NCBI GenBank assembly: GCA_045046875.1
Contig: JASFYY010000062.1
Coordinates: 1 to 26,528, forward strand
Length of the DNA: 26,528 nucleotides
Reading direction: 5' to 3'
Origin: Verrucomicrobiota bacterium
Lineage (GTDB): Bacteria > Verrucomicrobiota > Verrucomicrobiia > Verrucomicrobiales > DEV007
Below the pieces are notes generated by a model. The model had not been told where the DNA came from and made no database searches. It saw only the letters and a program-made list of their open reading frames with translations. Made by a program: the position numbers and the translations under genes. The stretch's first letter is position 1. Each line of letters starts with the position of its first letter. Below are positions 9,152-23,697 of the stretch, in pieces.

Positions 9152-9226
<75 letters not shown>

Positions 9227-9315
9227 GAGTATCAAAAGCATCAAAAAGTAAGATAGAGAGTAACAAAGGCTGCTGAAGCAGTCGTAATAATTTCACAACC
9301 TGAAACTGAGAAACC

Positions 9316-10500
9316 ATGGCTAAAGAAGCATTCGAAAGAAACAAAGATCACGTCAACATCGGGACCATCGGTCACGTTGACCACGGTAAAACCACATTGA
9401 CAGCAGCAATCACTGACGCTCTGTCCGATTTTGGATTTGCAGAGAAGAAGGATTACGCGGATATTGACGCTGCTCCGGAAGAGAGAGAGCGTGGTATCAC
9501 GATCTCAACTGCTCACGTAGAGTATGAGACTGAAAAACGTCACTACGCACACGTTGATTGCCCAGGTCACGCCGATTATGTCAAAAACATGATCACTGGT
9601 GCGGCTCAGATGGATGGCGGAATTTTGGTGGTGAGCGCAGCTGACGGCCCAATGCCACAGACTCGTGAGCACATCTTGCTTGCTCGTCAGGTGGGTGTTC
9701 CTGCTTTGGTCGTATTCATGAACAAAGTTGATCAGGTGGACGACGATGAGTTGCTCGACTTGGTGGAAATGGAAATCCGCGACCTTTTGTCCAAATACGA
9801 ATTCCCTGGTGACGACATTCCAATCGTTCGAGGAAGTGCGTTGAAGGCTCTTGAAGGGGACGCTGATCAGAAAGCGAACATCATGAAGTTGATGGCAGCA
9901 GTGGATGAATACATCCCAATGCCTGAGCGTCCGGTTGATCTGGACTTCTTGTTGCCAGTTGAAGACGTGTTCTCGATTGAGGGACGTGGAACGGTGGCTA
10001 CTGGTCGTGTTGAGCGTGGTATCGTCCACAAAATGGAAGAGGTTGAAATCGTGGGGATCCGCGACACCACTAAAACCACGGTGACTGACATCGAGATGTT
10101 CCGCAAATTGCTCGACGAAGGTCGTGCAGGTGACAACGTTGGTTTGTTGCTTCGTGGAACTAAGAAAGAAGAGATTGAGCGTGGACAGGTGATCGCTAAG
10201 CCCGGCACCATCACTCCGCACAAAAAATTCAGTGCTGAGGTTTACATCTTGAGCAAAGACGAAGGTGGCCGTCACACGCCTTTCTTCGCTAATTATCGTC
10301 CGCAGTTTTACTTCCGCACGACGGATGTGACTGGAATGGTCAACCTGCCGGAAGGTGTGGAAATGGTGATGCCTGGTGACAATGTCACCATCGAGGCTGA
10401 GCTGATCAACCCCATCGCTATGGAAAAACACATGCGTTTTGCTATCCGTGAAGGTGGCCGAACAGTGGGTGCTGGCCGTGTGGCTGATCTGCTTGATTAA
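9316..10500 (+). CDS. tuf: Elongation factor Tu
   Basis: 394 aa; 'GHVDHGKTT', 'RGITI', '[15 protein letters not shown]', 'NKVD', '[13 protein letters not shown]'. Confidence 0.99.
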   Translation: MAKEAFERNKDHVNIGTIGHVDHGKTTLTAAITDALSDFGFAEKKDYADIDAAPEERERGITISTAHVEYETEKRHYAHVDCPGHADYVKNMITGAAQMDGGILVVSAADGPMPQTREHILLARQVGVPALVVFMNKVDQVDDDELLDLVEMEIRDLLSKYEFPGDDIPIVRGSALKALEGDADQKANIMKLMAAVDEYIPMPERPVDLDFLLPVEDVFSIEGRGTVATGRVERGIVHKMEEVEIVGIRDTTKTTVTDIEMFRKLLDEGRAGDNVGLLLRGTKKEEIERGQVIAKPGTITPHKKFSAEVYILSKDEGGRHTPFFANYRPQFYFRTTDVTGMVNLPEGVEMVMPGDNVTIEAELINPIAMEKHMRFAIREGGRTVGAGRVADLLD

Positions 10501-10593
10501 TACTTAAAAGAGCATTTTCTCAAATCGAGGTGTTGCCACTGAACTTGATTCTTTGGCGACGCTTTGTAAAAAGGGAAAGCGTTTGAATGGAGG

Positions 10594-10629
10594 CTCTGCT
10601 CGTTGAATCAATGAGCGGAGACTTTGTTT
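10594..10629 (+). terminator. Probable intrinsic terminator/attenuator after tuf
   Basis: CTCTGCTCGTTG-aat-CAATGAGCGGAG (12 bp with two G-U pairs) followed by ACTTTGTTT. Confidence 0.55.
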
Positions 10630-10734
10630 AATAATACACTGAGAAGTAACTGGAAATTTTCACTAGGTAAGATAGACTAGCCAAAGAACGGATGAGCTGT
10701 TGTCGAAAGGCTGCTGAGTTCGGGAATGGGAAAA

Positions 10735-10810
10735 AGGGTAGTAGCTCAATTGGTAGAGTAGCGGTCTCCAAAACCGTTGGTTGTGGGTTCGAGTCCCTCC
10801 TGCCCTGCCA
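10735..10810 (+). tRNA. tRNA-Trp (CCA)
   Basis: Acceptor AGGGTAG/CTGCCCT, anticodon arm GCGGT-CTCCAAA-ACCGT, T loop TTCGAGT, encoded CCA; canonical position before secE. Confidence 0.97.
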
Positions 10811-10973
10811 CTCATCAAGCTAAGTGAATATTTTAAGATTTCTGAATGAGTATCGATTAGACAAGGATTTAGAAATTGAAGCAATAATTGGTCTGGAATA
10901 AATGCTTTGAAATTCGCGAGTGCGGATTGCGAGCAACGAAAGATCAGCAGAGATAAAAGGAGAAAGTTTCACA

Positions 10974-11195
10974 ATGTTTGATAAATCACGTAAATTTTTT
11001 GGAGAAGTCAAAACCGAGTTGCAGAAAGCAACCTGGCCATGGGATCCCAAAGAGCGGGGGTTTAAAAAATACAAACAGTTGATTGATTCAACGATTGTGG
11101 TTCTGATTGCTACACTGCTTTTGGGCGGTTATATCGCGGTTGCGGATTTTCTGATGGTGAATGTGATGCGGGCGTTGACTTCGTTTTCTTTCTAG
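10974..11195 (+). CDS. secE: Preprotein translocase subunit SecE (73 aa, single TM)
   Basis: 'FFGEVKTELQKATWP' plus one TM helix; ATG at 10974 with AAGGAG upstream preferred over the ORF-track start at 10920. Confidence 0.93.
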   Translation: MFDKSRKFFGEVKTELQKATWPWDPKERGFKKYKQLIDSTIVVLIATLLLGGYIAVADFLMVNVMRALTSFSF

Positions 11196-11258
11196 AGAAA
11201 ACAGAGACAAGCAGTTGAGTGTGGAATTTTTAACGGATTTGATAAAAGGAATTTAGTT

Positions 11259-11828
11259 ATGGCGCAAGTGCCGGAACCAAAAGATCAGTGGTATGTCGTT
11301 CAGGTCCTCTCAGGACAGGAGATGAAGGTGCAGAGAAGCATCGCTCGTCGCATTGAGAGTGAGGAGATGGCTGATTTTATTTATGAGGCTCTCGTGCCAA
11401 CGGAGACGGTGTCCGAAGTGCGTCGGGGTAAAAAGATTGAAACCAAACGGAAATTTTATCCGGGTTACATTTTGATCAACATGCACCTGCTCAATGATGA
11501 CGGGCGTTTAGAGGAAAAATCCTGGTATTTCATTCAGGATACTCCAGGGGTGATCAATTTTGCCGGAGCAAAGAACCGTCCGGTGCCGATGCGTGCGAGC
11601 GAAGTGGAAAGCATGCTGTCGCAGATTCAAGAGCGCGAAGAGGGCGTGACGCCTAAGATCCAGTTTGAAGTGGGTGATACGGTGAAGGTCGCGGATGGAC
11701 CTTTCGAGGGGCAGACGGGTGTGGTTGAGGAGATCGATCAGGACAAAGGCGAGCTGTTGGTATCGGTGGACATTTTTGGACGTTCGACACCAGTGCCGTT
11801 GGAATACTGGCAGGTGGAGAGAGATTGA
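11259..11828 (+). CDS. nusG: Transcription termination/antitermination factor NusG
   Basis: 'WYVVQVLSGQE', 'KFYPGYILINM', KOW 'VGDTVKVADGPFEG', 'IFGRSTPV'. Confidence 0.98.
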   Translation: MAQVPEPKDQWYVVQVLSGQEMKVQRSIARRIESEEMADFIYEALVPTETVSEVRRGKKIETKRKFYPGYILINMHLLNDDGRLEEKSWYFIQDTPGVINFAGAKNRPVPMRASEVESMLSQIQEREEGVTPKIQFEVGDTVKVADGPFEGQTGVVEEIDQDKGELLVSVDIFGRSTPVPLEYWQVERD

Positions 11829-11925
11829 TTTTGGTAGAGGGGTAAAAACAACCGGTGGCAGCAGGCTTGAATGAGCAAGGGCAGGCCGGGCGATAAAATA
11901 AAAAATAATTTAAAGGACGAAAAAA

Positions 11926-12351
11926 ATGGCTAAAGAAATCACCAGCACATTGAAACTTCAGATTCCAGCGGGTCAAGCAAACCCCGCGCCTCCTGTGGGT
12001 CCTGCTTTGGGACAGGCAGGGGTCAACATCATGGATTTCTGTAAGGAATTTAACGCTAAAACACAAAGTCAGGGCGGCGATATTCTGCCAGTGGTGATCA
12101 GTGTTTATGCTGACAAGAGTTTTACTTTTGTCACTAAGAGGCCGCCTGCAGCGATCTTGTTGAAAAAAGCAGCGAACATCGCCTCGGGCTCAGGGGAGCC
12201 AAACAAAGAGAAAGTGGCGACCTTGACACGTGCGCAACTTTTGGAAGTGGTTAAAATCAAGATTGAAGACTTGAATACCAACGACGAAGAAATGGCTTGT
12301 CGCATTCTTGAAGGAACGGCTCGTCAGATGGGCATTGAGATTGTCGCTTAA
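11926..12351 (+). CDS. rplK: 50S ribosomal protein L11
   Basis: '[34 protein letters not shown]', 'GTARQMGI'. Confidence 0.99.
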   Translation: MAKEITSTLKLQIPAGQANPAPPVGPALGQAGVNIMDFCKEFNAKTQSQGGDILPVVISVYADKSFTFVTKRPPAAILLKKAANIASGSGEPNKEKVATLTRAQLLEVVKIKIEDLNTNDEEMACRILEGTARQMGIEIVA

Positions 12352-12394
12352 TTAGAGAAGCGGTAATAGAAATTTTCAAACCAAAACCTGAGAC

Positions 12395-12437
12395 GCAGGA
12401 GGAGAAAACCGGAAACGGGGAGAGCCGCTTGAACTGC
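12395..12437 (+). promoter_or_regulatory. L1-binding autoregulatory mRNA element upstream of rplA
   Basis: GCAG-GAGG ... CCGC-TTGAA-CTGC gives two short helices around an asymmetric GAG/GCUUGAA loop, matching the known L1 target pattern (GUGGGAGG...CCGCUAnAACCAC type); ends 10 nt before the ATG. Confidence 0.7.
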
Positions 12438-12447
12438 AAACAGAACC

Positions 12448-13146
12448 ATGGGAAATAAAAGAAGCAAAAGATACGAAAAAGGCGCCAAATTGGTGGAAGA
12501 AGACAAGCTATACCCTCTTGCAGAGGCGGTGGCTTTGGTGAAGAGCTTACCAGCTCCGAAGTTTGACGAAACGGTGACGATCTCCATGAAATTAGGAGTG
12601 AACCCCAAGCAGTCGGATCAAATGGTTCGCGGAACTTGCCCTTTGCCTCACGGCAGTGGTAAGGACGTGAAGGTTCTGGTATTCGCCAATGGTGAAGCGG
12701 CAACGGCGGCGAAGAACGCCGGTGCAGATTTTGTCGGCATGGACGAAATGATCAAAAAGGTCCAGGGCGGCTTCATGGAATTTGATGTGGTGGTTGCGAC
12801 TCCGGACGCAATGGCCGAGGTTCGTAAATTAGGTAGGCAGCTGGGACCAAGGGGTCTGATGCCTAACCCTAAAACAGGAACAGTGACTGATGACACGGCA
12901 GAAGCGGTGAAAGCGGTGAAAGCTGGACGAGTGGATTTCAAACTGGATAAAAACGGAAACATTTCTGTTCCAGTGGGCAAGGTTTCTTTTGACGAGCAGA
13001 AGTTGTTGGAAAACACCGAAGCTGCGCTGGAAGCGATCAACGGTGCCAAGCCAGCTACGGCTAAGGGCATCTACCTGTTATCGGGTGGTATTTCAGCAAC
13101 GATGGGTGCTGGAGTGAAAGTATTGTTAACTCCATACCAAGCGTAA
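12448..13146 (+). CDS. rplA: 50S ribosomal protein L1
   Basis: 'KFDETV', 'DQMVRGTCPLPHGSGK', 'LGPRGLMPNPKTGTV'. Confidence 0.99.
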   Translation: MGNKRSKRYEKGAKLVEEDKLYPLAEAVALVKSLPAPKFDETVTISMKLGVNPKQSDQMVRGTCPLPHGSGKDVKVLVFANGEAATAAKNAGADFVGMDEMIKKVQGGFMEFDVVVATPDAMAEVRKLGRQLGPRGLMPNPKTGTVTDDTAEAVKAVKAGRVDFKLDKNGNISVPVGKVSFDEQKLLENTEAALEAINGAKPATAKGIYLLSGGISATMGAGVKVLLTPYQA

Positions 13147-13175
13147 GGAATCAGGGGATAAAAATTAATATAACG

Positions 13176-13688
13176 ATGAAAGCAGACAAACAAATTATCA
13201 TCGATGAGATCCTCGAACGGATCAATAATTCGCCTTTCACCTTGGTTGCCGAGTACACGGGAATGACGGTGCCGCAATTTTCAGACCTCAGGACACGGCT
13301 GGAGGCAGTGGGTGCGGAAATTCACGTCAGCAAAAATGCCTTGGTCAAACGAGCCGCTGATACAGCTGGATTGCCAGAGGAAATTGGAGCCGTGTTGACT
13401 GGGCAAAATGCTTTGGTCACTGGCGAGCAGGACGTATGTGCTGCCGCCAAGGTATTGAAAGATTTCCGTAAGGAATGTGAAAAACCAACCGTTAAGGTGG
13501 GTTCATTGGACGGAGCGGCACTGGATGCGGAACAGATCGATGCCTTGGCTTCGCTGCCACCGATGGAAGTCTTGCAGGCAACTTTGCTTGGTGTGCTGTT
13601 GCAGCCTGGCACGAAGTTGGTGAGAACATTGAACGAACCCGCATCGGCATTGGCAAGAGTGTTTGCCGCCAAAGCGGAGCAGGGATAA
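13176..13688 (+). CDS. rplJ: 50S ribosomal protein L10
   Basis: 'EYTGMTVPQFSDLR', 'VSKNALVKRA', 'LASLPP'; lies between rplA and rplL. Confidence 0.96.
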   Translation: MKADKQIIIDEILERINNSPFTLVAEYTGMTVPQFSDLRTRLEAVGAEIHVSKNALVKRAADTAGLPEEIGAVLTGQNALVTGEQDVCAAAKVLKDFRKECEKPTVKVGSLDGAALDAEQIDALASLPPMEVLQATLLGVLLQPGTKLVRTLNEPASALARVFAAKAEQG

Positions 13689-13880
13689 TCATTCGAGGGA
13701 ACGAAAAAATTTTACTCAGCGGCGGGTCAGTGCTATTGCACGAAGCTCGCTGCAGGTTTCTAATAAGAAACGCTGGGTAAGCTAAAACAAAACAACAACA
13801 AACCGGGTTCCTTGTCGGGGGCATGGCGATGTCTCTTAAATATTGAAGCGCTTTTCAAAACGACGATACCCACTAGAAAA

Positions 13881-14255
13881 ATGGCAGATACAGATAAATT
13901 GGTAGAAGAGTTGAGCGGCCTGACCGTTCTTGAAGTTGCAGATCTTGTGAAAGCTCTGGAAGATAAATGGGGCGTGAGCGCAGCAGCTCCCGCAGCAGTC
14001 GCAGTAGCAGGTCCCGCAGGTGAAGCTGCAGCAGAAGAAAAGACAGAGTTCGACGTGGTGTTGACTTCTTTCGGTGAAAACAAAATCGCCGTGATTAAAG
14101 AAGTTCGCGGTTCCATCGACGGTCTTGGATTGGCTGACGCGAAGAAGTTGGTTGAAGAAGCTCCATCAACTCTGAAAGAAGCAGTTTCGAAAGAAGAGGC
14201 TGAAGAACTCAAAACGAAACTCGAAGGCGCAGGAGCGACTATCGAGCTCAAGTAA
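13881..14255 (+). CDS. rplL: 50S ribosomal protein L7/L12 (124 aa)
   Basis: '[24 protein letters not shown]', '[10 protein letters not shown]', '[12 protein letters not shown]'; ATG 13881 preferred over TTG 13812. Confidence 0.98.
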   Translation: MADTDKLVEELSGLTVLEVADLVKALEDKWGVSAAAPAAVAVAGPAGEAAAEEKTEFDVVLTSFGENKIAVIKEVRGSIDGLGLADAKKLVEEAPSTLKEAVSKEEAEELKTKLEGAGATIELK

Positions 14256-14389
14256 TTCATTTAAACTTGTTTATTGCACAAATTATTTTGATTTTGCAAG
14301 AACCTAATCATTTGCTGGTAGCTTTACCTTTTTCCGCTAAGGAAAGAGGTGGCTGCTGGACAGGTGAGGGTGTTTAAAGGACGCCAAAT

Positions 14390-14421
14390 CCTGATTACTC
14401 ATTGAGTGATCAGGCTTTGTT
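14390..14421 (+). terminator. Attenuator-like hairpin between rplL and rpoB
   Basis: CCTGATTACTC-att-GAGTGATCAGG (11 bp) followed by CTTTGTT. Confidence 0.55.
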
Positions 14422-14526
14422 GTCTTTTCGTTTATAGAAAAAATAGCAACATCATCCGGCTTAAAACCACAGGTATCTGGTTTTAAGAGCGGTTCATTAT
14501 CAGTCACCGACCCAACCTAGTTCGAT

Positions 14527-18363
<3,837 letters not shown>

Positions 18364-18420
18364 CTTGTCTGTTTTAATTTTAATCACTCACTCAATCATC
18401 AATCTCACATATCCATCGTT

Positions 18421-21400
18421 ATGAGCGCAGAAACGCACCTCGACGAAATCTTCGGTCTAGAAAAAAAGGAGGAGGGTTTCGACTCTGTTCAAATCACAGT
18501 AGCGGCAGCGGACACGGTGCGCTCCTGGAGCAGTGGCGAAGTCAAGAACCCGGAGACCATCAACTACCGCACATTCAAACCTGAAAAAGGAGGTTTGTTC
18601 TGTGAACGTATTTTTGGTCCTACCAAAGACTGGGAATGTACTTGTGGAAAATACAAGCGGATCAAATACAAAGGCATGGTCTGCGACCGTTGCGGGGTGG
18701 AGGTGACTCTCTCCCGTGTGCGGCGTGAGCGCATGGGCCACATTGAATTGGCGGTTCCTGTTTCGCACATCTGGTTTTACAAATGTATGCCATCGCGCAT
18801 CGGTCTGATGCTTGACATGAGCGCACGTTCTTTGGAACGGGTGATCTATTACGAAGACTACATCGTGACTGATCCTCGCAACACTCCTTTGGAAAAAGGC
18901 CAGTTGTTGACAGAATTGGAGCACCGTGAAGCCGAGGACGAATACGGCGAAGGCAGCTTCCGGGCTGGCATGGGTGCCGAAGCAGTTCAGGATTTGCTCT
19001 CTCAGGTGAATCTGGCTGAGAACATTGAAGAGCTGGAAGAAGCGATGACCAAAACACGCTCCAAACAGGTGCGTAAAAAATTGGCCAAGCGTCTCAAGCT
19101 TGCCCAGGGTTTTGCCCAATCGCACACTCGCCCCGAGTGGATGATCATTGATGTGTTGCCGGTATTGCCACCGGATCTGCGTCCTTTGGTTCCACTGGAA
19201 GGCGGACGTTTTGCGACTTCTGATTTGAATGACCTTTATCGCCGGGTGATCAACCGTAACAACCGCTTGAAAAACCTGCTGTTGCTGAAGACTCCCGATG
19301 TGATCATCCGCAATGAAAAACGCATGTTGCAGGAAGCTGTGGATGCATTGTTTGACAACGGCCGTCACGGCCGTGCGGTCACCGGTGCAGGCAACCGCGC
19401 GCTGAAATCTCTGAGCGATATGCTCAAAGGTAAAGGTGGGCGTTTCCGTCAGAACTTGCTCGGTAAACGAGTCGATTACTCCGGACGTTCGGTGATTGTG
19501 GTGGGACCTGACCTGAAATTGAGTCAGTGTGGTCTGCCGAAAAAAATGGCACTGGTGCTGTTTGAACCATTCATTATTCGTCGTCTCAAAGAGCTGGGTT
19601 ATGTGCACACGGTGCGCAGTGCCAAAAAGCTGATTGAGCGCAAAACCACCGAAGTGTGGGATATTCTGGAAGAAGTCACCACTGGTCACCCAGTGTTGCT
19701 CAACCGTGCGCCGACTTTGCACAGATTGTCGATTCAGGCTTTTGATCCGGTATTGATCGAGGGGGAAGCGATTCGAGTTCACCCGCTGGTTTGTACTGCT
19801 TACAATGCTGACTTTGATGGTGACCAGATGGCGGTGCACGTGCCGCTTTCCGTGGAAGCACAAATGGAAGCCCGCTTGTTGATGCTGGCTCCGAATAATA
19901 TCTTCACACCTTCTAGTGGTCGTCCGGTGATGACTCCTTCGCAGGATATTGCGCTGGGATGTTATTTCCTGACTTACACTCGTCAGATTCCAATCCGCGA
20001 AAAAGACAAAGAGAAAACCTTATCCTTGTTCGCTGATACCACTGAGGTGGAATTTGCGATTGCGAATCGTCGGATCGACATGCATGACGCGGTGCGTTTG
20101 CGTAATCCGGATTATGGCAAAAAAGATGGCGACGCTTATTTTGGTGATCGTGAATCCAAGGTGATCATCACCACTCCTGGTCGTGTGAGATTTAACGAAA
20201 TCTGGCCCGATGAGATCGGCTTTGTGAACACCTCTATTGCTAAGAAGCAGTTGGGCGATATCATTTGGAGATCATACAAAATGGCGGGCAAAGATCGTAC
20301 CGCTCAAGCTTTGGATGACATGAAAGCACTTGGTTTCAAGGAAGCCACCCGTTCAGGTTGTTCGATCGGTATCACTGACATGGTGATTCCTGCTAACAAA
20401 AAAGCTGAACTAAAAACGGCTTTTGCTGAAGTGGCTAAAGCCAACAAACAATATCAGTCGGGTATCATCACCAATAAAGAACGTTACAACAAGGTTATTG
20501 ATATCTGGACTCACGCAGGTGACCAGATCACCAAGGACTTGTTCAGAACGATTGATTACAACGAAGGCAAGGATTTGCCGAGTCCGTTGTTCATCATGGT
20601 GGACTCAGGTGCGCGTGGTAACCGTCAGCAGATCAAGCAGCTTTCCGGTATGCGCGGATTGATGGCAAAACCTTCTGGTGAGATTATCGAACGTCCGATT
20701 ACGTCAAACTTCCGCGAGGGCCTTTCAGTGCTCGAGTATTTCATCTCGACTCACGGAGCTCGTAAAGGTCTGGCTGATACCGCATTGAAAACGGCTGACT
20801 CGGGTTACATGACTCGTAAGCTGGTTGATGTATCGCAAGATGTCATTATTACCGAAGAGGATTGCGGCACGGTCAATGGCATCGTGGTATCGTCGATTTA
20901 CGAAGGCGATGAAGAGACGGTGGATTTGAAAACCCGTGTTTATGGTCGTAGTTCTGCTGAAAAAGTGGTCAACGGCAAAGAGGTGATCGTGAAAGCGGGT
21001 CAGCTCATCGACGAAGACGTGGCTTTGAGATTGGAAGACATCGGTCATGAGCGTTTGAAGATTCGCTCGGTGCTGACTTGTGAATCTCCACGCGGGTGTT
21101 GTGCTACATGTTACGGCATGAGCCTGGCTACCAACGAGCCATCCAAAATTGGCGAAGCGGTGGGCATCATCGCTGCGCAGAGTATTGGTGAGCCCGGCAC
21201 ACAGTTGACGATGCGTACTTTCCACGTGGGTGGGGTAGCGACGCAGTCATTCAAACAGCCGATTGTCAAAGCCAAGGAAAAAGGCCAGTTGCATTACAAT
21301 AGCTTGAAAGTGGTGGCTACTACCGAGGGAACTTTTGTCGCGCTTAATAAATCAGGCAATATCACGATCCATGACAAAGATGGACGTGAAATCGAATCCC

Positions 21401-22581
21401 ATGATGTGGTGGTAGGTGCGGTGCTGCATAAAGCGGACAACTCCGACATCAAGAAGGGGGAAACGGTAGTGACCTGGGATCCTTACAACGTGCCGATTAT
21501 CACGGAGAAAGCCGGAGCGATTGAGTTCCGCGACATGATCCAAGGTATCACGATTGAAACGGAACTGGACAAAGAAACCAACAAGAAAGGCCATGTGGTC
21601 ATCGAGCATAGAGAGGACTTGCACCCGCAGTTGGTGGTCGTCGATGCGAAGACCAAGGAAGTTCTTGCCAGTTACTCCATTCCAACCGGCGCTCACCTTT
21701 CGGTGAAAGAAGGTAAAAAAGTCAAAGCGGGTGAGCAGCTCGCTAGAACGCCGCGTAAAGTTTCGGTGACCAAGGATATTACCGGTGGTCTGCCACGTGT
21801 GGCCGAGTTGTTTGAAGCCCGTAAACCGAAGGACGCTGCCCAGATCGCTAAGATCGCAGGGGTGATGGAATTGGGTGGAACGGTGCGCAACAAACGCAAG
21901 CTGATCGTGACCGATCCGGAGACTGGAGAACAGGAAGAGCATTTGATCGCCCTGGGCAAACATTACCTGGTGCAAGAAGGTGATTTGGTGACCAAGGGAC
22001 AACAGCTGACTGAAGGTTCGGTGACCAGTCAAGAGATTCTGGAGGTCCTCGGGCCCCACGAGCTCATGGAGCATTTGGTGAACAATGTGCAGGACGTTTA
22101 TCGTCTGCAGGGTGTGGAGATCAATGATAAACACATCGAGATCATTGTGCGTCAGATGTTGCGTAAGATTAAGATTACGGATCCGGGTGATACCAGCTTC
22201 CTTTGGGGAGACCAGGTTGAAAAAACCACCTTTGAAGAAGTGAATCGGGATATGGTCGACCAGGGGGGTAAACCTGCAGAAGGGGAACCTGTTCTGTTGG
22301 GCATCACCAAAGCATCTCTTGAAACGGACAGCTTTATTTCGGCAGCTTCTTTCCAGGATACGACGCGGGTGCTTACCGAAGCGGCAACGCTGGGACGCAT
22401 CGACGAACTTCGTGGATTCAAGGAAAACGTGATCATGGGTCATTTGATCCCTGCAGGCACGGGCTTCGAGAATGTGCGTGACATCCAGGTGATCGAAACG
22501 GTTGATCCGCTCGATTACGAAGGTGACGAAGAACTCGAAATCGAAGAGGCCGCGGAAATCGAAATCGGCGAAGGAGCCTGA
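18421..22581 (+). CDS. rpoC: DNA-directed RNA polymerase subunit beta'
   Basis: 1386 aa; '[10 protein letters not shown]', catalytic 'NADFDGD', '[15 protein letters not shown]', 'SFISAASFQ'. Confidence 0.99.
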   Translation: MSAETHLDEIFGLEKKEEGFDSVQITVAAADTVRSWSSGEVKNPETINYRTFKPEKGGLFCERIFGPTKDWECTCGKYKRIKYKGMVCDRCGVEVTLSRVRRERMGHIELAVPVSHIWFYKCMPSRIGLMLDMSARSLERVIYYEDYIVTDPRNTPLEKGQLLTELEHREAEDEYGEGSFRAGMGAEAVQDLLSQVNLAENIEELEEAMTKTRSKQVRKKLAKRLKLAQGFAQSHTRPEWMIIDVLPVLPPDLRPLVPLEGGRFATSDLNDLYRRVINRNNRLKNLLLLKTPDVIIRNEKRMLQEAVDALFDNGRHGRAVTGAGNRALKSLSDMLKGKGGRFRQNLLGKRVDYSGRSVIVVGPDLKLSQCGLPKKMALVLFEPFIIRRLKELGYVHTVRSAKKLIERKTTEVWDILEEVTTGHPVLLNRAPTLHRLSIQAFDPVLIEGEAIRVHPLVCTAYNADFDGDQMAVHVPLSVEAQMEARLLMLAPNNIFTPSSGRPVMTPSQDIALGCYFLTYTRQIPIREKDKEKTLSLFADTTEVEFAIANRRIDMHDAVRLRNPDYGKKDGDAYFGDRESKVIITTPGRVRFNEIWPDEIGFVNTSIAKKQLGDIIWRSYKMAGKDRTAQALDDMKALGFKEATRSGCSIGITDMVIPANKKAELKTAFAEVAKANKQYQSGIITNKERYNKVIDIWTHAGDQITKDLFRTIDYNEGKDLPSPLFIMVDSGARGNRQQIKQLSGMRGLMAKPSGEIIERPITSNFREGLSVLEYFISTHGARKGLADTALKTADSGYMTRKLVDVSQDVIITEEDCGTVNGIVVSSIYEGDEETVDLKTRVYGRSSAEKVVNGKEVIVKAGQLIDEDVALRLEDIGHERLKIRSVLTCESPRGCCATCYGMSLATNEPSKIGEAVGIIAAQSIGEPGTQLTMRTFHVGGVATQSFKQPIVKAKEKGQLHYNSLKVVATTEGTFVALNKSGNITIHDKDGREIESHDVVVGAVLHKADNSDIKKGETVVTWDPYNVPIITEKAGAIEFRDMIQGITIETELDKETNKKGHVVIEHREDLHPQLVVVDAKTKEVLASYSIPTGAHLSVKEGKKVKAGEQLARTPRKVSVTKDITGGLPRVAELFEARKPKDAAQIAKIAGVMELGGTVRNKRKLIVTDPETGEQEEHLIALGKHYLVQEGDLVTKGQQLTEGSVTSQEILEVLGPHELMEHLVNNVQDVYRLQGVEINDKHIEIIVRQMLRKIKITDPGDTSFLWGDQVEKTTFEEVNRDMVDQGGKPAEGEPVLLGITKASLETDSFISAASFQDTTRVLTEAATLGRIDELRGFKENVIMGHLIPAGTGFENVRDIQVIETVDPLDYEGDEELEIEEAAEIEIGEGA

Positions 22582-22640
22582 TGAATTAAAGGTGTTTTTT
22601 CTCAGAATAGACTTTTTTGGTCGATTCTGAGGATTGCGCC

Positions 22641-22677
22641 TTGATTTTAAAGCATCCCTGACGAATACTGGGCGCCC
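22641..22677 (+). promoter_or_regulatory. Candidate rpsB promoter
   Basis: TTGATT (22641-22646), 17 nt spacer, AATACT (22664-22669), then GC-rich GGGCGCCC; the -10 lacks its first T. Confidence 0.4.
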
Positions 22678-22806
22678 TCTTGATAAAGGGGGGAAGAATT
22701 TTGCCATGAGACGTGGCAGGAAAATAAAATAAACAAACAACGGTTAATACCGAATAACTAGACAAAGCGCTCTCTTGATTTAAAGGGAGCACAAACTTAC
22801 AAAGCG

Positions 22807-23493
22807 ATGTCACAAGAACTAATAATCGAACTGGTAGAAGCGGGTGTGCATTTTGGCCACCAGAGACAGAAGTGGGATCCTCGCATGAAGCCCTACCTTC
22901 TGGAGGAACGTAACAAAATTCATCTGCTTGACCTGAGCAAGACGGTCGATCAAATCGAAAGTGCTGCTGAATTTTTGTCTAAACTGACTCGCGGAGGGAA
23001 AAAAATCCTTTTTGTTGGCTGCAAACGTCAAGCGCAAGAAGCTGTGCAGCAGGCCGCTGAAGAAACCGGACAATTTTTTGTCAATCACCGCTGGTTGGGT
23101 GGCACTTTGACCAATCTGGAAACGATTCGTAAAAGCGTCAACCGCATGGCTTTCCTCGAGGACATTGAGAAATCTCCGGATTTCAAAAAAATGGGTAAAA
23201 AAGAACTCGCATCACTCAACCGTGAGCGGGCCAAATTGTTCCGTAACCTCAACGGAATCCGTTTGATGGATAAAGCGCCGGATGCTTTGGTGATCGTTGA
23301 CTCGGCAAGAGAATCGATCGCAGTTGCCGAGGCACGCAAGATAGGTATCCCCATCGTTGCTTTGGTGGATTCCAATGCGAACCCGGATATCATTGATTAT
23401 CCGATCGCTGCTAATGATGACGCGATTCGCTCTGTTCGGACTATTTTACGTAAATTGGTCGAACCCATGATCGCAGCAGGTGGCGGCAAGTAA
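22807..23493 (+). CDS. rpsB: 30S ribosomal protein S2
   Basis: '[11 protein letters not shown]...WDPRMKPY', 'RWLGGTLTN', '[11 protein letters not shown]'. Confidence 0.99.
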   Translation: MSQELIIELVEAGVHFGHQRQKWDPRMKPYLLEERNKIHLLDLSKTVDQIESAAEFLSKLTRGGKKILFVGCKRQAQEAVQQAAEETGQFFVNHRWLGGTLTNLETIRKSVNRMAFLEDIEKSPDFKKMGKKELASLNRERAKLFRNLNGIRLMDKAPDALVIVDSARESIAVAEARKIGIPIVALVDSNANPDIIDYPIAANDDAIRSVRTILRKLVEPMIAAGGGK

Positions 23494-23697
23494 GCGACAA
23501 GCAACTTTGCTAACACTGACCCACGCGTCGCTTTTTAAGTGGCGCGTGTGCGTTTTCTAAAAGAGGGAGCGCACAAACCGCCTGACTGGGTTTGAAATTG
23601 TCACTGACTGAAACAAAGGTCATGACCAAAACCTGGTGGGCTTTTTTGAATATTTTAACAATCACACTGTAAATCACCGATAAACCATTATTGAACT

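Noticed and set aside
13812..13880. 23-aa N-terminal extension of L7/L12 (and similar extensions of secE and the DUF6868-like gene)
   Set aside because: Artefact of choosing the most upstream start; homology begins at the downstream ATG and the rplL extension overlaps a structured RNA region.
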